DNA from: a virus
Taxonomy: Duplodnaviria > Caudoviricetes
DNA: 53,862 nt
Reading direction: 5' to 3' (one strand)
Virus record (IMG/VR): IMGVR_UViG_3300046425_000186
Location: 1 to 53,862 of that record
Below, in pieces: positions 39,506 to 48,708 of the stretch (the stretch's first letter is position 1; each line of letters begins with the position of its first letter). The position numbers were made by a program, and so were the translations under genes. The notes under the pieces were generated by a model. That model was not told the DNA's origin and did not search any database. It saw only the letters and a program-made list of their open reading frames with translations.

Positions 39506-41227
39506 TTAGCCATCACAAGCTAAACAATCTTCACTCATTGCTTGTTGTGCTATATCCCCACGGAGCACTGACTCTGTCCTTGTATAATATAAAGTTTTAA
39601 TACCATTTTTCCAAGCCTGCATGTGAACTTGATTAATCCATTTGGGTGTTGCTACGCTAGGAAATGCTAGATTTAAACTTACTGATTGATCAATATATTG
39701 CTGTCTTATACCAGCTTGATTAACTAACTCTAACTGATTTATCTCTTTGAAAGTTTTAAATACTTCTTTAGCTTGTATATTGTGAGGTCCAACCACAACC
39801 CCATCAAGCTCAGGTAAACCCTGAATACTACCACCATCTGCCAAAATTTTGTCCCAAGTTTCATTGTTGTTTATTTTAAGTTTTCTTAATAATTTTAATA
39901 ATGTAGGGTTTTTTCTTATGAACGTTCCCTTGGCTGATTGCTCTGTAAATACATTAGCAGCCCAAGGCTCTATTCCAGGCGAGATGTTCCCACTAAGCTT
40001 TGAATTACTAACAGTGGGAGCAATAGCGCGGAGGTGAGTATTACGCACGCCAGTAGAAGCACACCACAGAGGCTCGCCATAAATTTCAGCAAGATCTCTG
40101 GAAGCTCTTTCACTTTCGATTTTAATCTGCGAAAAGATTTTCCTAGTTTCAAACTGAGCGAGGAGACCTTCAAAAGGAATACCATTTTCTTGGAGATACG
40201 TATGCCATCCGAGTACACCCAACCCAAGTGCTCGTCCTTTAGTAGCAGAACGAACGGCGTTTTCAAAACCTCTAAGTCCCTTTGCTCTTTGAATAAATTC
40301 CTCCATAACGCCATCGAGAAACCATATAGCGTCGTATATAAGATTAGTACCTTTCCACTCTTCATATTTTGCTAGATTTAATGATGATAAACAACAAACA
40401 AAGCTGTGGTTTTCATCCGTATGTAATGTAATTTCTGAACATATATTTGTCATATGTACTTTTAGTCCGTTTTCTTTGTATGCTTTTGGATTTGATTTGT
40501 TAACATTTCCTTTAAACATGATATACGGCTCTCCAGTAGCTTTTCGTTTTCTAAGTAGTTTACTCCATCTATTTCTAGCCGTAGCATCTCCTTGTTCAAG
40601 CTTACGCATAAACTTATCACCAACAACTGCGCATTGATGTAAGTTAAGCGACTGTCTATTAACATCTCCTTTTGGTTCTCTGATTTCAAGCCACTCTTCA
40701 AAATCGTCGTGCTCAATATTAATGTTAACTGAAGCAGCTCCTCGTCTGACAGATCCTTGATTAGTTGCAAGAATTGTTGAGTCGTATATCTTGCAGAATG
40801 GGACGACCCCATCTGATGTTCCATTTCCTGTAATTTTAGCGCCAGCGGGTCTAATCATGTTAACTCCTATGCCAACTCCACCGCCGTGCTTAGCGAGCAG
40901 CATCATTTCTAAATTTTTATGACCTATGTCTTGTATACTATCTGCGACATCAATTCCAAAACAACTTATAGGAAGACCTCTATCAGTACCAGTGTTACTA
41001 AGAACAGGACTAGCAAGGCAAAGCCAACCATTCCAAATATACTCAAAGAATCTTTCTGCCATTTCCGGTTTATATAATCTTCTTGCGACCGTTTTTGATA
41101 CTCTTTCATATGCTTGCTTAGGAGATTCTCCAGCAAGTAAATATCCTCCTGAGATAGTTTTTTTGTAGACATCCGTGTCTCCCCACTTTGGATAGTCTTC
41201 TCCTTTTTTCCATTCATTATTCCACAT
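39506..41227 (-). CDS. nrdA: Ribonucleotide reductase class I, alpha subunit
   Basis: PISCF, TNICSEI, VCCLSSLN, APTVS, KTLYY and C-terminal CLAC; no ATP-cone. Confidence 0.97.
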   Translation of the reverse strand: MWNNEWKKGEDYPKWGDTDVYKKTISGGYLLAGESPKQAYERVSKTVARRLYKPEMAERFFEYIWNGWLCLASPVLSNTGTDRGLPISCFGIDVADSIQDIGHKNLEMMLLAKHGGGVGIGVNMIRPAGAKITGNGTSDGVVPFCKIYDSTILATNQGSVRRGAASVNINIEHDDFEEWLEIREPKGDVNRQSLNLHQCAVVGDKFMRKLEQGDATARNRWSKLLRKRKATGEPYIMFKGNVNKSNPKAYKENGLKVHMTNICSEITLHTDENHSFVCCLSSLNLAKYEEWKGTNLIYDAIWFLDGVMEEFIQRAKGLRGFENAVRSATKGRALGLGVLGWHTYLQENGIPFEGLLAQFETRKIFSQIKIESERASRDLAEIYGEPLWCASTGVRNTHLRAIAPTVSNSKLSGNISPGIEPWAANVFTEQSAKGTFIRKNPTLLKLLRKLKINNNETWDKILADGGSIQGLPELDGVVVGPHNIQAKEVFKTFKEINQLELVNQAGIRQQYIDQSVSLNLAFPSVATPKWINQVHMQAWKNGIKTLYYTRTESVLRGDIAQQAMSEDCLACDG

Positions 41228-41494
41228 TTATATAATTGTTAAGTGTTTTATCCATGCTATTAATCCGTTCGTGTTTAAAGCTACAAGATTCCATTGTTTT
41301 CTTGAAGCTGTTTGTACCATTACTAATATAAAGCCAATTATATAAAGTTTAGGCTCTATAGTCCATTGAGCAGCGATTAAAAAACCACTGCCCATATAAC
41401 CAGATCTAGTTGCTAGTCTCTTCCAAGGACTTAGTCTTTTTTGTCTTACTAGACTTTTCAGTAATGTCCTTTTTAATTTTTTTAATTGCATCAT
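41228..41494 (-). CDS. Small membrane protein (start uncertain)
   Basis: Hydrophobic segments in the C-terminal 55 aa; fills the gap before nrdA; 5' part overlaps the upstream gene. Confidence 0.6.
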   Translation of the reverse strand: MMQLKKLKRTLLKSLVRQKRLSPWKRLATRSGYMGSGFLIAAQWTIEPKLYIIGFILVMVQTASRKQWNLVALNTNGLIAWIKHLTII

Positions 41495-41636
41495 CGTAAC
41501 CTGGTATTAATTTTAAAGTTTCTAAAGTTCCTATAGCTAAGTCTCTTACGTTGCTTAATTCGTTTAATAAATGCTGCATAATTCTATTTTGAGCATCTAT
41601 TTTATTTTTCATTTCTATTAATTTACTCTCTTTCAT
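41406..41636 (-). CDS. Coiled-coil hypothetical protein
   Basis: 76-aa ORF between nrdB and nrdA. Confidence 0.7.
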   Translation of the reverse strand: MKESKLIEMKNKIDAQNRIMQHLLNELSNVRDLAIGTLETLKLIPGYDDAIKKIKKDITEKSSKTKKTKSLEETSN

Positions 41637-41710
41637 ATAGATCTTTTTTTATATCATTTTCCGTTATGTCTATACCAAGGTTAATACCTTTTTCATAAAC
41701 TCTACACCAA

Positions 41711-42679
41711 TTACCAAATGTTGTCAAAGTCTTCGCCTTCGTTAGCTTTTGAATAATCCGTCGGCCGTATTGCGAAAAAATCAGTATGAGTGACCCCGCC
41801 GGTAAGATGATAGAACCAATCAAGATTAGACGCTGCATCTTTGTCATACGCGAAGTACGAGCCAAGGTCGATGTAACCAAGTTCAACCAGTTTTTCATTT
41901 GCTCTCTTTTTTATAAAATGTTTTAAATCATTAGACTTAATACCTTCGATATCACCCATTTCAAACATCTTGTCTATATATCTAGTTTCAAGTGATACCA
42001 TGGTTTCTGCAGCTTTTATTATATCTTCTCGACATAAATTCAATAATTGATTGTTTTCACTGCACATATCGCGAAAAAGCTTACAGCCCATTTTACTGTG
42101 TAAACTTTCATCACGAACAGACCATTTCATTTGTTGTCCGATACCTTTGAGTAAATTACGAAGCTGAAAACTATAAAGCACTGCAAAAGCACTATACAGG
42201 CTAACTCCTTCAGCGAAGGCTGAAAATACAGCCAAGCTTTTCGCAATACCAATAGAATTATCACCGTCGTAAGCAACCAAATTATCAAATCTAGCAGCCG
42301 TGGCTGGTTCGTGTAAAAATGCTTCATAATCTTCTAATCCTAATGTTTCGTTTAAATAACTATAAGCAACAGCGTGAACTGTTTCTTGAGATCCAAACAT
42401 CATTGCCATCTGTTGTATTTCGTGTTTAGGAAACCACCCGACAACCTTCTGCGTCCAATAATCCGACACTGCACATTCAGTTTGTGCGAAGCCGAGTAAT
42501 ATGTTTCCAACCAAGTTTTTCTCTTTCTCATTTAATTTTTCTTTCCAATCTTTAATATCACTTTGCATTGAAATTTCAGTATGTAACCAAAATGCTTGTG
42601 CTTGCTTTAACCAACCTTCTGTATAGTATTCAGGGTATTCAAACGGTTTGTACGCTACGCGCTCATCAAATAAACCCAT
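41711..42679 (-). CDS. nrdB: Ribonucleotide reductase class I, beta subunit
   Basis: Di-metal motifs ETVH..AYS, EG..LYSAF, RDESLH; C-terminal DFF..RPTDY. Confidence 0.97.
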   Translation of the reverse strand: MGLFDERVAYKPFEYPEYYTEGWLKQAQAFWLHTEISMQSDIKDWKEKLNEKEKNLVGNILLGFAQTECAVSDYWTQKVVGWFPKHEIQQMAMMFGSQETVHAVAYSYLNETLGLEDYEAFLHEPATAARFDNLVAYDGDNSIGIAKSLAVFSAFAEGVSLYSAFAVLYSFQLRNLLKGIGQQMKWSVRDESLHSKMGCKLFRDMCSENNQLLNLCREDIIKAAETMVSLETRYIDKMFEMGDIEGIKSNDLKHFIKKRANEKLVELGYIDLGSYFAYDKDAASNLDWFYHLTGGVTHTDFFAIRPTDYSKANEGEDFDNIW

Positions 42680-42828
42680 TACTTATAAATTGTTAAACAT
42701 AAATCAATAAAAGGTATATATAAAACCCATGAAACTCTTTCTTCTTCATCATAAGTTCTTAATCCAAATAGAATGCCTGGGTAAAAGCCAACTTCTAAAG
42801 ACCAAGAAATATTATTATTTTCAGCCAT
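42679..42828 (-). CDS. Small hypothetical protein (49 aa), absent from the ORF track
   Basis: MAENNNISWSLEVGFYPGILFGLRTYDEEERVSWVLYIPFIDLCLTIYK; TAATG overlap with nrdB. Confidence 0.7.
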   Translation of the reverse strand: MAENNNISWSLEVGFYPGILFGLRTYDEEERVSWVLYIPFIDLCLTIYK

Positions 42829-42994
42829 ATACTTTAATTTTATATTCGTTTTGTAATTCTACTAGTTCTTTGTATTTTATTTTACCTCGCATCTCCCAAC
42901 TCCAACTACACCATTTTTCAATTTGACGCTCAGCATATTTTTGTCTAGCTATCCTTTTCGCTTCGAAAGGATTAGCTTTATTGTTTCGTCGCAT
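42821..42994 (-). CDS. Small hypothetical protein (57 aa), absent from the ORF track
   Basis: MRRNNKANPFEAKRIARQKYAERQIEKWCSWSWEMRGKIKYKELVELQNEYKIKVYG; fills the gap with overlaps on both sides. Confidence 0.6.
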   Translation of the reverse strand: MRRNNKANPFEAKRIARQKYAERQIEKWCSWSWEMRGKIKYKELVELQNEYKIKVYG

Positions 42995-43407
42995 TCTTTT
43001 TGATTTTGTGGTTTATACAGTGTATAATTAGGAAACTGATTCATAACAAGTCTTTTAAACAACTTCCAACGCATTGGAAAAGATTCATTAGCTCTACCTT
43101 TTGTTTCAATTATAAAATCATCACCAATAAAATCAGGTGTGTATTTTATAGGTAATATGCGTTTGCAACCCCTGTTTTTGTAATCACCCTTGCCATTACT
43201 ACATCTCTCGTACACCTCGTTTTCAAAATGAAAACCGGCTAATAAAACAAAAGTTTCTCCTTCATATTTGGCTTTTATTTTTTCTTTTTTCAAAGCCATA
43301 TACATATAACGCTCAAGGCCAGACGCAAAGTTAATACCATCATATGACACTTTCTTTGACTGTACTGGACCGCGTTTCTTCTTTCTTTTATAAGGTTTCC
43401 GCTTCAT
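42949..43407 (-). CDS. T7 endonuclease I-like Holliday junction resolvase
   Basis: FASGLE, KYE, YTPDF..IIETKG PD-(D/E)xK signature. Confidence 0.85.
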   Translation of the reverse strand: MKRKPYKRKKKRGPVQSKKVSYDGINFASGLERYMYMALKKEKIKAKYEGETFVLLAGFHFENEVYERCSNGKGDYKNRGCKRILPIKYTPDFIGDDFIIETKGRANESFPMRWKLFKRLVMNQFPNYTLYKPQNQKECDETIKLILSKRKG

Positions 43408-43702
43408 TTATTTCTATATCATGATAGTGTAAACCATCGTTACCATTTTGACCTACAACGTTTATTCTATTAATCATACACTCTTCAATCTCATCTTGCA
43501 AACAACGTTTTGCAGCTTCAATATATAATAAAGCATCCATCAACTCTTCTTGCACATCAATTAAAAAACGATTAAGATCTTTTTCTTGACCTTCAATTTC
43601 TTGCATCATTGTAGCTCCGTATTTTTGTTGACCAATAATACTGCGTTGATCCATTTTTTTTAGTACTGATAATACTATTTCATCTTTAGTGTTTATCTTC
43701 AT
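43388..43702 (-). CDS. Small helical protein, possible all-alpha NTP pyrophosphatase fold
   Basis: R...G..KYG.T and QEELMDALLY acidic helix. Confidence 0.5.
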   Translation of the reverse strand: MKINTKDEIVLSVLKKMDQRSIIGQQKYGATMMQEIEGQEKDLNRFLIDVQEELMDALLYIEAAKRCLQDEIEECMINRINVVGQNGNDGLHYHDIEINEAETL

Positions 43703-44475
43703 TATAATGTATTTTTTACAAATGTTCCATTAATCATTTTACCTTTTCTTTTAGATATTTCATTGTAAGCATAATCTATACAATCTTCAATTTTCATATC
43801 TTCTAATGTAGCTAGATTTGTTAATACAACTACTATGTCACCTATTGCATCATATATTTCTTTTCTGTCTTTTTTTAATATTGCTTCTGCTAACTCACCA
43901 GCTTCTTCCATTAATTTAACATATTGTGTATGTGAATTACCTTTACTTGTTATACCCCTACTGTCAGCCCATTCTCTTATTAAATTAAATCTTGATATTT
44001 CAGGATCACTTGAAGGGTTATGATCTGGATTTAAAAAACATTCATAAAAAGCCTTATTATAAATAAAACATCTTTCATTATCAAACATAGACGCTTTAGC
44101 GTTTGCTAATATCCAGTTAATAGTTTGTTTTGTTATATTAAAGTCTCCGTATGTTGTTTTCCATTTTAAACCAGTATTATCCATTAATCTACCTTTTAAT
44201 TTATTTAATGGACAAGGAAAAGTTGATGTTTGTTCTGTAGAATTTATTTTCATTTTATTTAATAAAGGTTTTAATTTATTGTACTTGTGAAGATCAGTTT
44301 TGTAGCCATAAGACTTTTGAAGTTCTATTTCACGGTCTGATATATAATCTATATCGTCTGACTGTTCAAGAACTTCATACTCACCCTCCTTATATCCTTG
44401 TATAAGGGTAACTCTGGTATTAAGATTACGTGTAACGCCTATCTTTTTACCTGGAATGTGATAAATATAATACAT
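43702..44475 (-). CDS. mazG: MazG-like nucleotide pyrophosphohydrolase with GIY-YIG-like N-terminus
   Basis: C-terminal KLMEEAGELAEA..DAIGDIVVVL; N-terminal YYIYH..KIGVT..L..R..E. Confidence 0.75.
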   Translation of the reverse strand: MYYIYHIPGKKIGVTRNLNTRVTLIQGYKEGEYEVLEQSDDIDYISDREIELQKSYGYKTDLHKYNKLKPLLNKMKINSTEQTSTFPCPLNKLKGRLMDNTGLKWKTTYGDFNITKQTINWILANAKASMFDNERCFIYNKAFYECFLNPDHNPSSDPEISRFNLIREWADSRGITSKGNSHTQYVKLMEEAGELAEAILKKDRKEIYDAIGDIVVVLTNLATLEDMKIEDCIDYAYNEISKRKGKMINGTFVKNTL

Positions 44476-44479
44476 AAAT

Positions 44480-45121
44480 TTATAGTTTGTCGTTATATAA
44501 GTGCATGTTGTGTGCGTGGTGGTAATACCAGCCTATTTCTAAATTTAATCTGTCTGCAATCATTTTTTGTAATGATGAAAACTGATACTGATCATTGCAG
44601 AAACCGTACCAGATGTCATTAGAACGCATATAGACAGACATACACAAACGTTTGTCTATAATCGTAAACTGTATTGCATAAGTACAAGGTGTATCTGTTT
44701 TGTATTTATCATACTCTTTGCCGTCATAAATAGATATAGCAGCGTGACGGGTTTTTTTGTTTGATTTTAATTTAGCACAAACATAATCTATTTGAGCTTT
44801 ACGCTTCCATTGATAACCGTAATTTGAATTAACATTGCCATGCTCATCAGCCATACGTTTCCATATTTTTGGTATTTTTCCATATAACTCGCCAAGCTTG
44901 CTTATATTTGGATCGCCAGACAAATACCATTGCCATTCAGCTTCAGCGTATTTTAAACTCCAATTACGCTGCTCATTTTTTATGTGATTATCTTGTGGGT
45001 CTAAAATATAGAAACCACAATTAAACAAAGCTTTTGTATTGTCAAAGTCTAGGCCTCTTATTAAAGCTTCATCTAGCAATGCTTCATACGCTTCATTAGC
45101 GTTTTGATAACTGTTTCTCAT
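44480..45121 (-). CDS. Thymidylate-synthase-superfamily enzyme, probable dCMP (hydroxy)methylase
   Basis: AEAEW, NYG, PCT catalytic Cys, MRSNDIWYGFCND, HNMHLY; start taken at ATG 45121 (MRNSYQ) to reduce overlap. Confidence 0.8.
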   Translation of the reverse strand: MRNSYQNANEAYEALLDEALIRGLDFDNTKALFNCGFYILDPQDNHIKNEQRNWSLKYAEAEWQWYLSGDPNISKLGELYGKIPKIWKRMADEHGNVNSNYGYQWKRKAQIDYVCAKLKSNKKTRHAAISIYDGKEYDKYKTDTPCTYAIQFTIIDKRLCMSVYMRSNDIWYGFCNDQYQFSSLQKMIADRLNLEIGWYYHHAHNMHLYNDKL

Positions 45122-45347
45122 AATAATATTTATAATATTCATAGATCGTATTCCATATAGTGTGTTTGCTATACACGCTCGGCGATCTATTTGTTTTTCC
45201 ATTAATTATAATATCTATATACCAAGCCGCTTCATTTTTAGCAAATGGTGATATATAAATATTATTATTTATACACCAATGATAAGCTTTAAATTCTAAC
45301 TCATCAGGAGTGTAAATTCCCATATTTACTTTTTTACCCCAAGCCAT
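45096..45347 (-). CDS. Hypothetical protein
   Basis: 83-aa aromatic-rich ORF abutting the primase-helicase stop. Confidence 0.7.
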   Translation of the reverse strand: MAWGKKVNMGIYTPDELEFKAYHWCINNNIYISPFAKNEAAWYIDIIINGKTNRSPSVYSKHTIWNTIYEYYKYYYEKQLSKR

Positions 45348-47075
45348 TTATTCCCAAGGCATTGGATCGTCTAAACTAATTGTTTGATGAGGAATAAAAC
45401 AACCTGACTTAGGTTCCCATTTAAAATGAGCTTCAGCTCCGTTTTCACCGAGGTTTTGAAACTTTACTTTAAGAACTTTAGCTTTAACTGTTTTAGCTTC
45501 ATAGTCTCTATGTATCAACAACCCATGATAACTAGCATCATACCATTCACCACCGCCTTTAATGTTATACATTGTTGGCTCTTCAATTTTACCTTCTTTG
45601 TCTTTATACATTTTAGTTGGGTGAGCTACAATAAAAACTAATACATCAAACTTTTTAGCAAACGTTTCTATTTTAGTTAAATACTCCATCGTATACCTAT
45701 TAACGTCTTCTGTCTTACAGTCTACATCTCTAACTTTATTAAATGGATCTATAACTAAACATTTAATACCTTTGCGCTTAACTAGCTCAGCACCTTTTTT
45801 AAGCACGGACTCAAGCGTGTAACGCTCCATATCAATGTGAAAGAAATTACTATTACAATGATCTGCAACTTGATTCCATTTACTACCACCAATATCTGCT
45901 TGCGTTGGCATACCTTGCCAAACTTTACGCATCAACTTGTGTGCGTGAAGGTATGTCGGTACATTTTCCGGACTAGCGAACGCCGTTTTCCAGCCATAGT
46001 TTTGGTTATACCCAACAACCATTTGGTCGACAAAATCTGATTTGCCGCTACTCGGAATACCAGTAACAGTAATGAACTGACCAGTATAAGTTGAAAAGAT
46101 GTCATCAAAATTTTGAAGACCAATTTGATATCCAGGTTTAAACCCGTTACGAACAAAGTCTGTGACTTCGTCTTCAATGTCCCTAAATGTCGTGACATTT
46201 TCAAGTGGTACCGGTTTTGACCTTGCAATACGCTCTGCCAATTTTTCTGTTCCATATTTTATTAAATATTCATTAGCATCTTTACAATCATCAAATGTAG
46301 CTAAATAACAAACCTCAGATCCTAGTCTTCTAATTAATTCAGCTTGTAGCGCTTGACCAGCTTCGTCTGAATCTACCGCTAAAATAACTTTTTCTTTGTC
46401 TTCGAAATAATCTATACAATTGTCTAAATAATCTAAATTGTTAGTATTAAGTGTAGCACCATTAGGAACAGATATTGCATTTTCAATACCCGCTTCATGT
46501 AAAGCTAGCACGTCCATTTCGCCTTCAACTATAACGCAATACTCATAGCCTACTATGCTGTCTATATTGTAGAATACTTTTTCAGCACCCTTATATAATT
46601 TAAAGTTTTTTCTTCCATCGCGGTATTTAATGTTAGTTAATTCACCGCCCATAAAATAATTAAACTTTATTACATTCTCGGTTTTACCGGTTTGTGGCAT
46701 ATACTCAGGACCTTCGCTAATTTCTAAATCAGTTAAAGTTTGAGTTCCTATACCTCTTGCATTAAACCATTCAATTACTTTATCACTTAAAAACTCAGGA
46801 TATTCTTTAGAATTAGGAGGACCTAGTGGTTTCACATATTCTTTTTCAGCTTTACCCTTACGCTGATAAGTGTGTAATTGAAATGATTTATTACAATTGT
46901 GGCAAGTACCGAGACCACGTTCCCAATCATATGAAGCACATTTTTTCTTGTGATTCTTGGGTTGTCTACATTTGGTAGAATCAGGACATACGCCTTGTGT
47001 TTTACCAACTTCTAGACCATGTTGATTGAATTCATCAATCAAAAATCCATTAATCTCTTTATCTTCTACTTGCAT
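45348..47075 (-). CDS. DNA primase-helicase (T7 gp4/Twinkle-like)
   Basis: N-terminal Zn finger (CP..C..CHNC), TOPRIM EGEMD and DSDEAG, Walker A GIPSSGKS, LVIDP, VAHP. Confidence 0.95.
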   Translation of the reverse strand: MQVEDKEINGFLIDEFNQHGLEVGKTQGVCPDSTKCRQPKNHKKKCASYDWERGLGTCHNCNKSFQLHTYQRKGKAEKEYVKPLGPPNSKEYPEFLSDKVIEWFNARGIGTQTLTDLEISEGPEYMPQTGKTENVIKFNYFMGGELTNIKYRDGRKNFKLYKGAEKVFYNIDSIVGYEYCVIVEGEMDVLALHEAGIENAISVPNGATLNTNNLDYLDNCIDYFEDKEKVILAVDSDEAGQALQAELIRRLGSEVCYLATFDDCKDANEYLIKYGTEKLAERIARSKPVPLENVTTFRDIEDEVTDFVRNGFKPGYQIGLQNFDDIFSTYTGQFITVTGIPSSGKSDFVDQMVVGYNQNYGWKTAFASPENVPTYLHAHKLMRKVWQGMPTQADIGGSKWNQVADHCNSNFFHIDMERYTLESVLKKGAELVKRKGIKCLVIDPFNKVRDVDCKTEDVNRYTMEYLTKIETFAKKFDVLVFIVAHPTKMYKDKEGKIEEPTMYNIKGGGEWYDASYHGLLIHRDYEAKTVKAKVLKVKFQNLGENGAEAHFKWEPKSGCFIPHQTISLDDPMPWE

Positions 47076-47085
47076 TTAATTTAAT

Positions 47086-47400
47086 TTAAAACGGTAGATC
47101 ATCTTCAACCGCGTCAGGAGCAACAACAGCCGCTCTTGTTGGTTCATCTTGTCTTGGAGCTGCTGCTACATTTTCTCCGTTTGTCCAAACCACTTGAACA
47201 TTACCTAAATAAGTTTTAGCTGCTTTACTTTCTCTTTCTTCTTTTGTTTGACTTATAACAATTGGTCCTTGATTTCCAAATTGATCTAAGTCATCATTTA
47301 AAGTTATTACTATAGGAAGATATTTACCTTTTTTACCTTCAATAACTTTTGATTTATCAATATTACTTAAATTGATACTTGCTTTAATTATACTTGCCAT
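47086..47400 (-). CDS. ssb: Single-stranded DNA-binding protein
   Basis: 104 aa, OB-fold-like strands, acidic tail ending EDDLPF; lies in the recombination/replication cluster. Confidence 0.8.
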   Translation of the reverse strand: MASIIKASINLSNIDKSKVIEGKKGKYLPIVITLNDDLDQFGNQGPIVISQTKEERESKAAKTYLGNVQVVWTNGENVAAAPRQDEPTRAAVVAPDAVEDDLPF

Positions 47401-47402
47401 AA

Positions 47403-48134
47403 TTATAAAGTTTGATTAATAAAATATTGTTGAGGATCAAAGTCCTCTGATTCATAAAATAATTTATATTGTTCTACTGCTCTTTCTACTTTGTTTTTAC
47501 CACGCGCTAAAAAATCAGGTGAGCAATCAAAAATACCTATTTGATGCGTAGTTTTATCTATTGCTATAAATATTAATTCATATCCAAATAGATGTTGATA
47601 AATATAAGCTTGACTGTCGTAATTATATTTAGAAGCTGAATATCTAAATTTATGAAGATCAGCTGTTGTTTTTAAATCTACTATCAATCTTTCGTCATGA
47701 TTAACAATATCAGCTTTGCCTTTCCATTTTAAACCTTCTAACTCTGTTATTCCAGGTTTTTCATATTCAACGTTTATACCTCGTATAAGATCAACACATG
47801 CTTTATTTTTTAGCATTTTATCTATCATAAGTTCTAACTTGTCAACTTCACTTTGTAACAAACACATTTCACCTCCAGATATTTCTTTATATAACTTTGT
47901 GTTTCTTGTTGTAGCATCTATTATTTTAAACTTCTTAAGTTTATCTGGCTCTAATATAGCTGTGTGAAAATAACCACCAATTAAAAAAGCTGGTATTTGT
48001 TTTTGTTCTTGTCTTAGACTAAGAGGATCTGTTAATAGCTTGCTAATGTCAGAATTGCTAAGATACTTTTTACCAAAATCACCATAATAATGTTTATCGT
48101 CTTTTAGTTTTTTTACAATTTGTTTTTCAGTCAT
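47403..48134 (-). CDS. RecE/exonuclease VIII-like PD-(D/E)xK nuclease
   Basis: LSNSDI, G..FHTAILEP, KGKADI..IVDLKTT, Y..QA.IY. Confidence 0.85.
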   Translation of the reverse strand: MTEKQIVKKLKDDKHYYGDFGKKYLSNSDISKLLTDPLSLRQEQKQIPAFLIGGYFHTAILEPDKLKKFKIIDATTRNTKLYKEISGGEMCLLQSEVDKLELMIDKMLKNKACVDLIRGINVEYEKPGITELEGLKWKGKADIVNHDERLIVDLKTTADLHKFRYSASKYNYDSQAYIYQHLFGYELIFIAIDKTTHQIGIFDCSPDFLARGKNKVERAVEQYKLFYESEDFDPQQYFINQTL

Positions 48135-48682
48135 TATAGAGTATTTAACATTCCTTCTATTTCTTTAGAAATATTGTATTTTGCTTTAATAGCTTCTAAT
48201 TTACCACCTGATATTATGTATTGAACCGCTTTTTCATATGCTGGATCTTTTTTCGAGGTTATGGTGCTTTTAGTTTTAGCTTTTGGCGCTTTGCCGTGAT
48301 TGTTTGACGCATCTGAGTCTTGCGTGTCGTCTATTAGGAATAAATTACCTAATGCATATTTCTTCCCGTAACTTGAAGCACTACCAAACTGTTGCGGAGT
48401 CTGCATACCTTTTTGATTTAGATCAACGCCAACTAAAGCTGAGGCATGTATTGATTCTTTACCATCGCTTATTGTAGCTGTTGAACAAATTATAGGTATG
48501 TTGCTAACATCAATTAATTGTTCATCAATTGTTACTGATACTCCTAACTCTAATAGAAAGGGCTTTGTTGCTTCGAGAATGTCTTCGGCTGATCTGAAGT
48601 AATATTTGCCGAAGGAGTTAAATCTACTTTTCTTCGATTTAAACTTTGTTTGAATTGTAGCTAATTTTTCGTTTATGTTCAT
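48134..48682 (-). CDS. erf: ERF-family single-strand annealing protein
   Basis: FNSFGKYYFRSAEDIL and QQFGSASSYGKKYALGNLFLIDD..D.D signature. Confidence 0.9.
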   Translation of the reverse strand: MNINEKLATIQTKFKSKKSRFNSFGKYYFRSAEDILEATKPFLLELGVSVTIDEQLIDVSNIPIICSTATISDGKESIHASALVGVDLNQKGMQTPQQFGSASSYGKKYALGNLFLIDDTQDSDASNNHGKAPKAKTKSTITSKKDPAYEKAVQYIISGGKLEAIKAKYNISKEIEGMLNTL

Positions 48683-48708
48683 TCGTTTTTATTTAAATTG
48701 CTTATTAT

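Noticed and set aside
39849-41217. Several nested ORFs on both strands within nrdA
   Set aside because: The locally higher GC content of nrdA reduces stop frequency; no recognisable motifs.
45122-45202. N-terminal extension of the TS-fold ORF as given in the ORF track
   Set aside because: It overlaps the upstream gene by more than 100 nt; the ATG at 45121 gives a more typical start.
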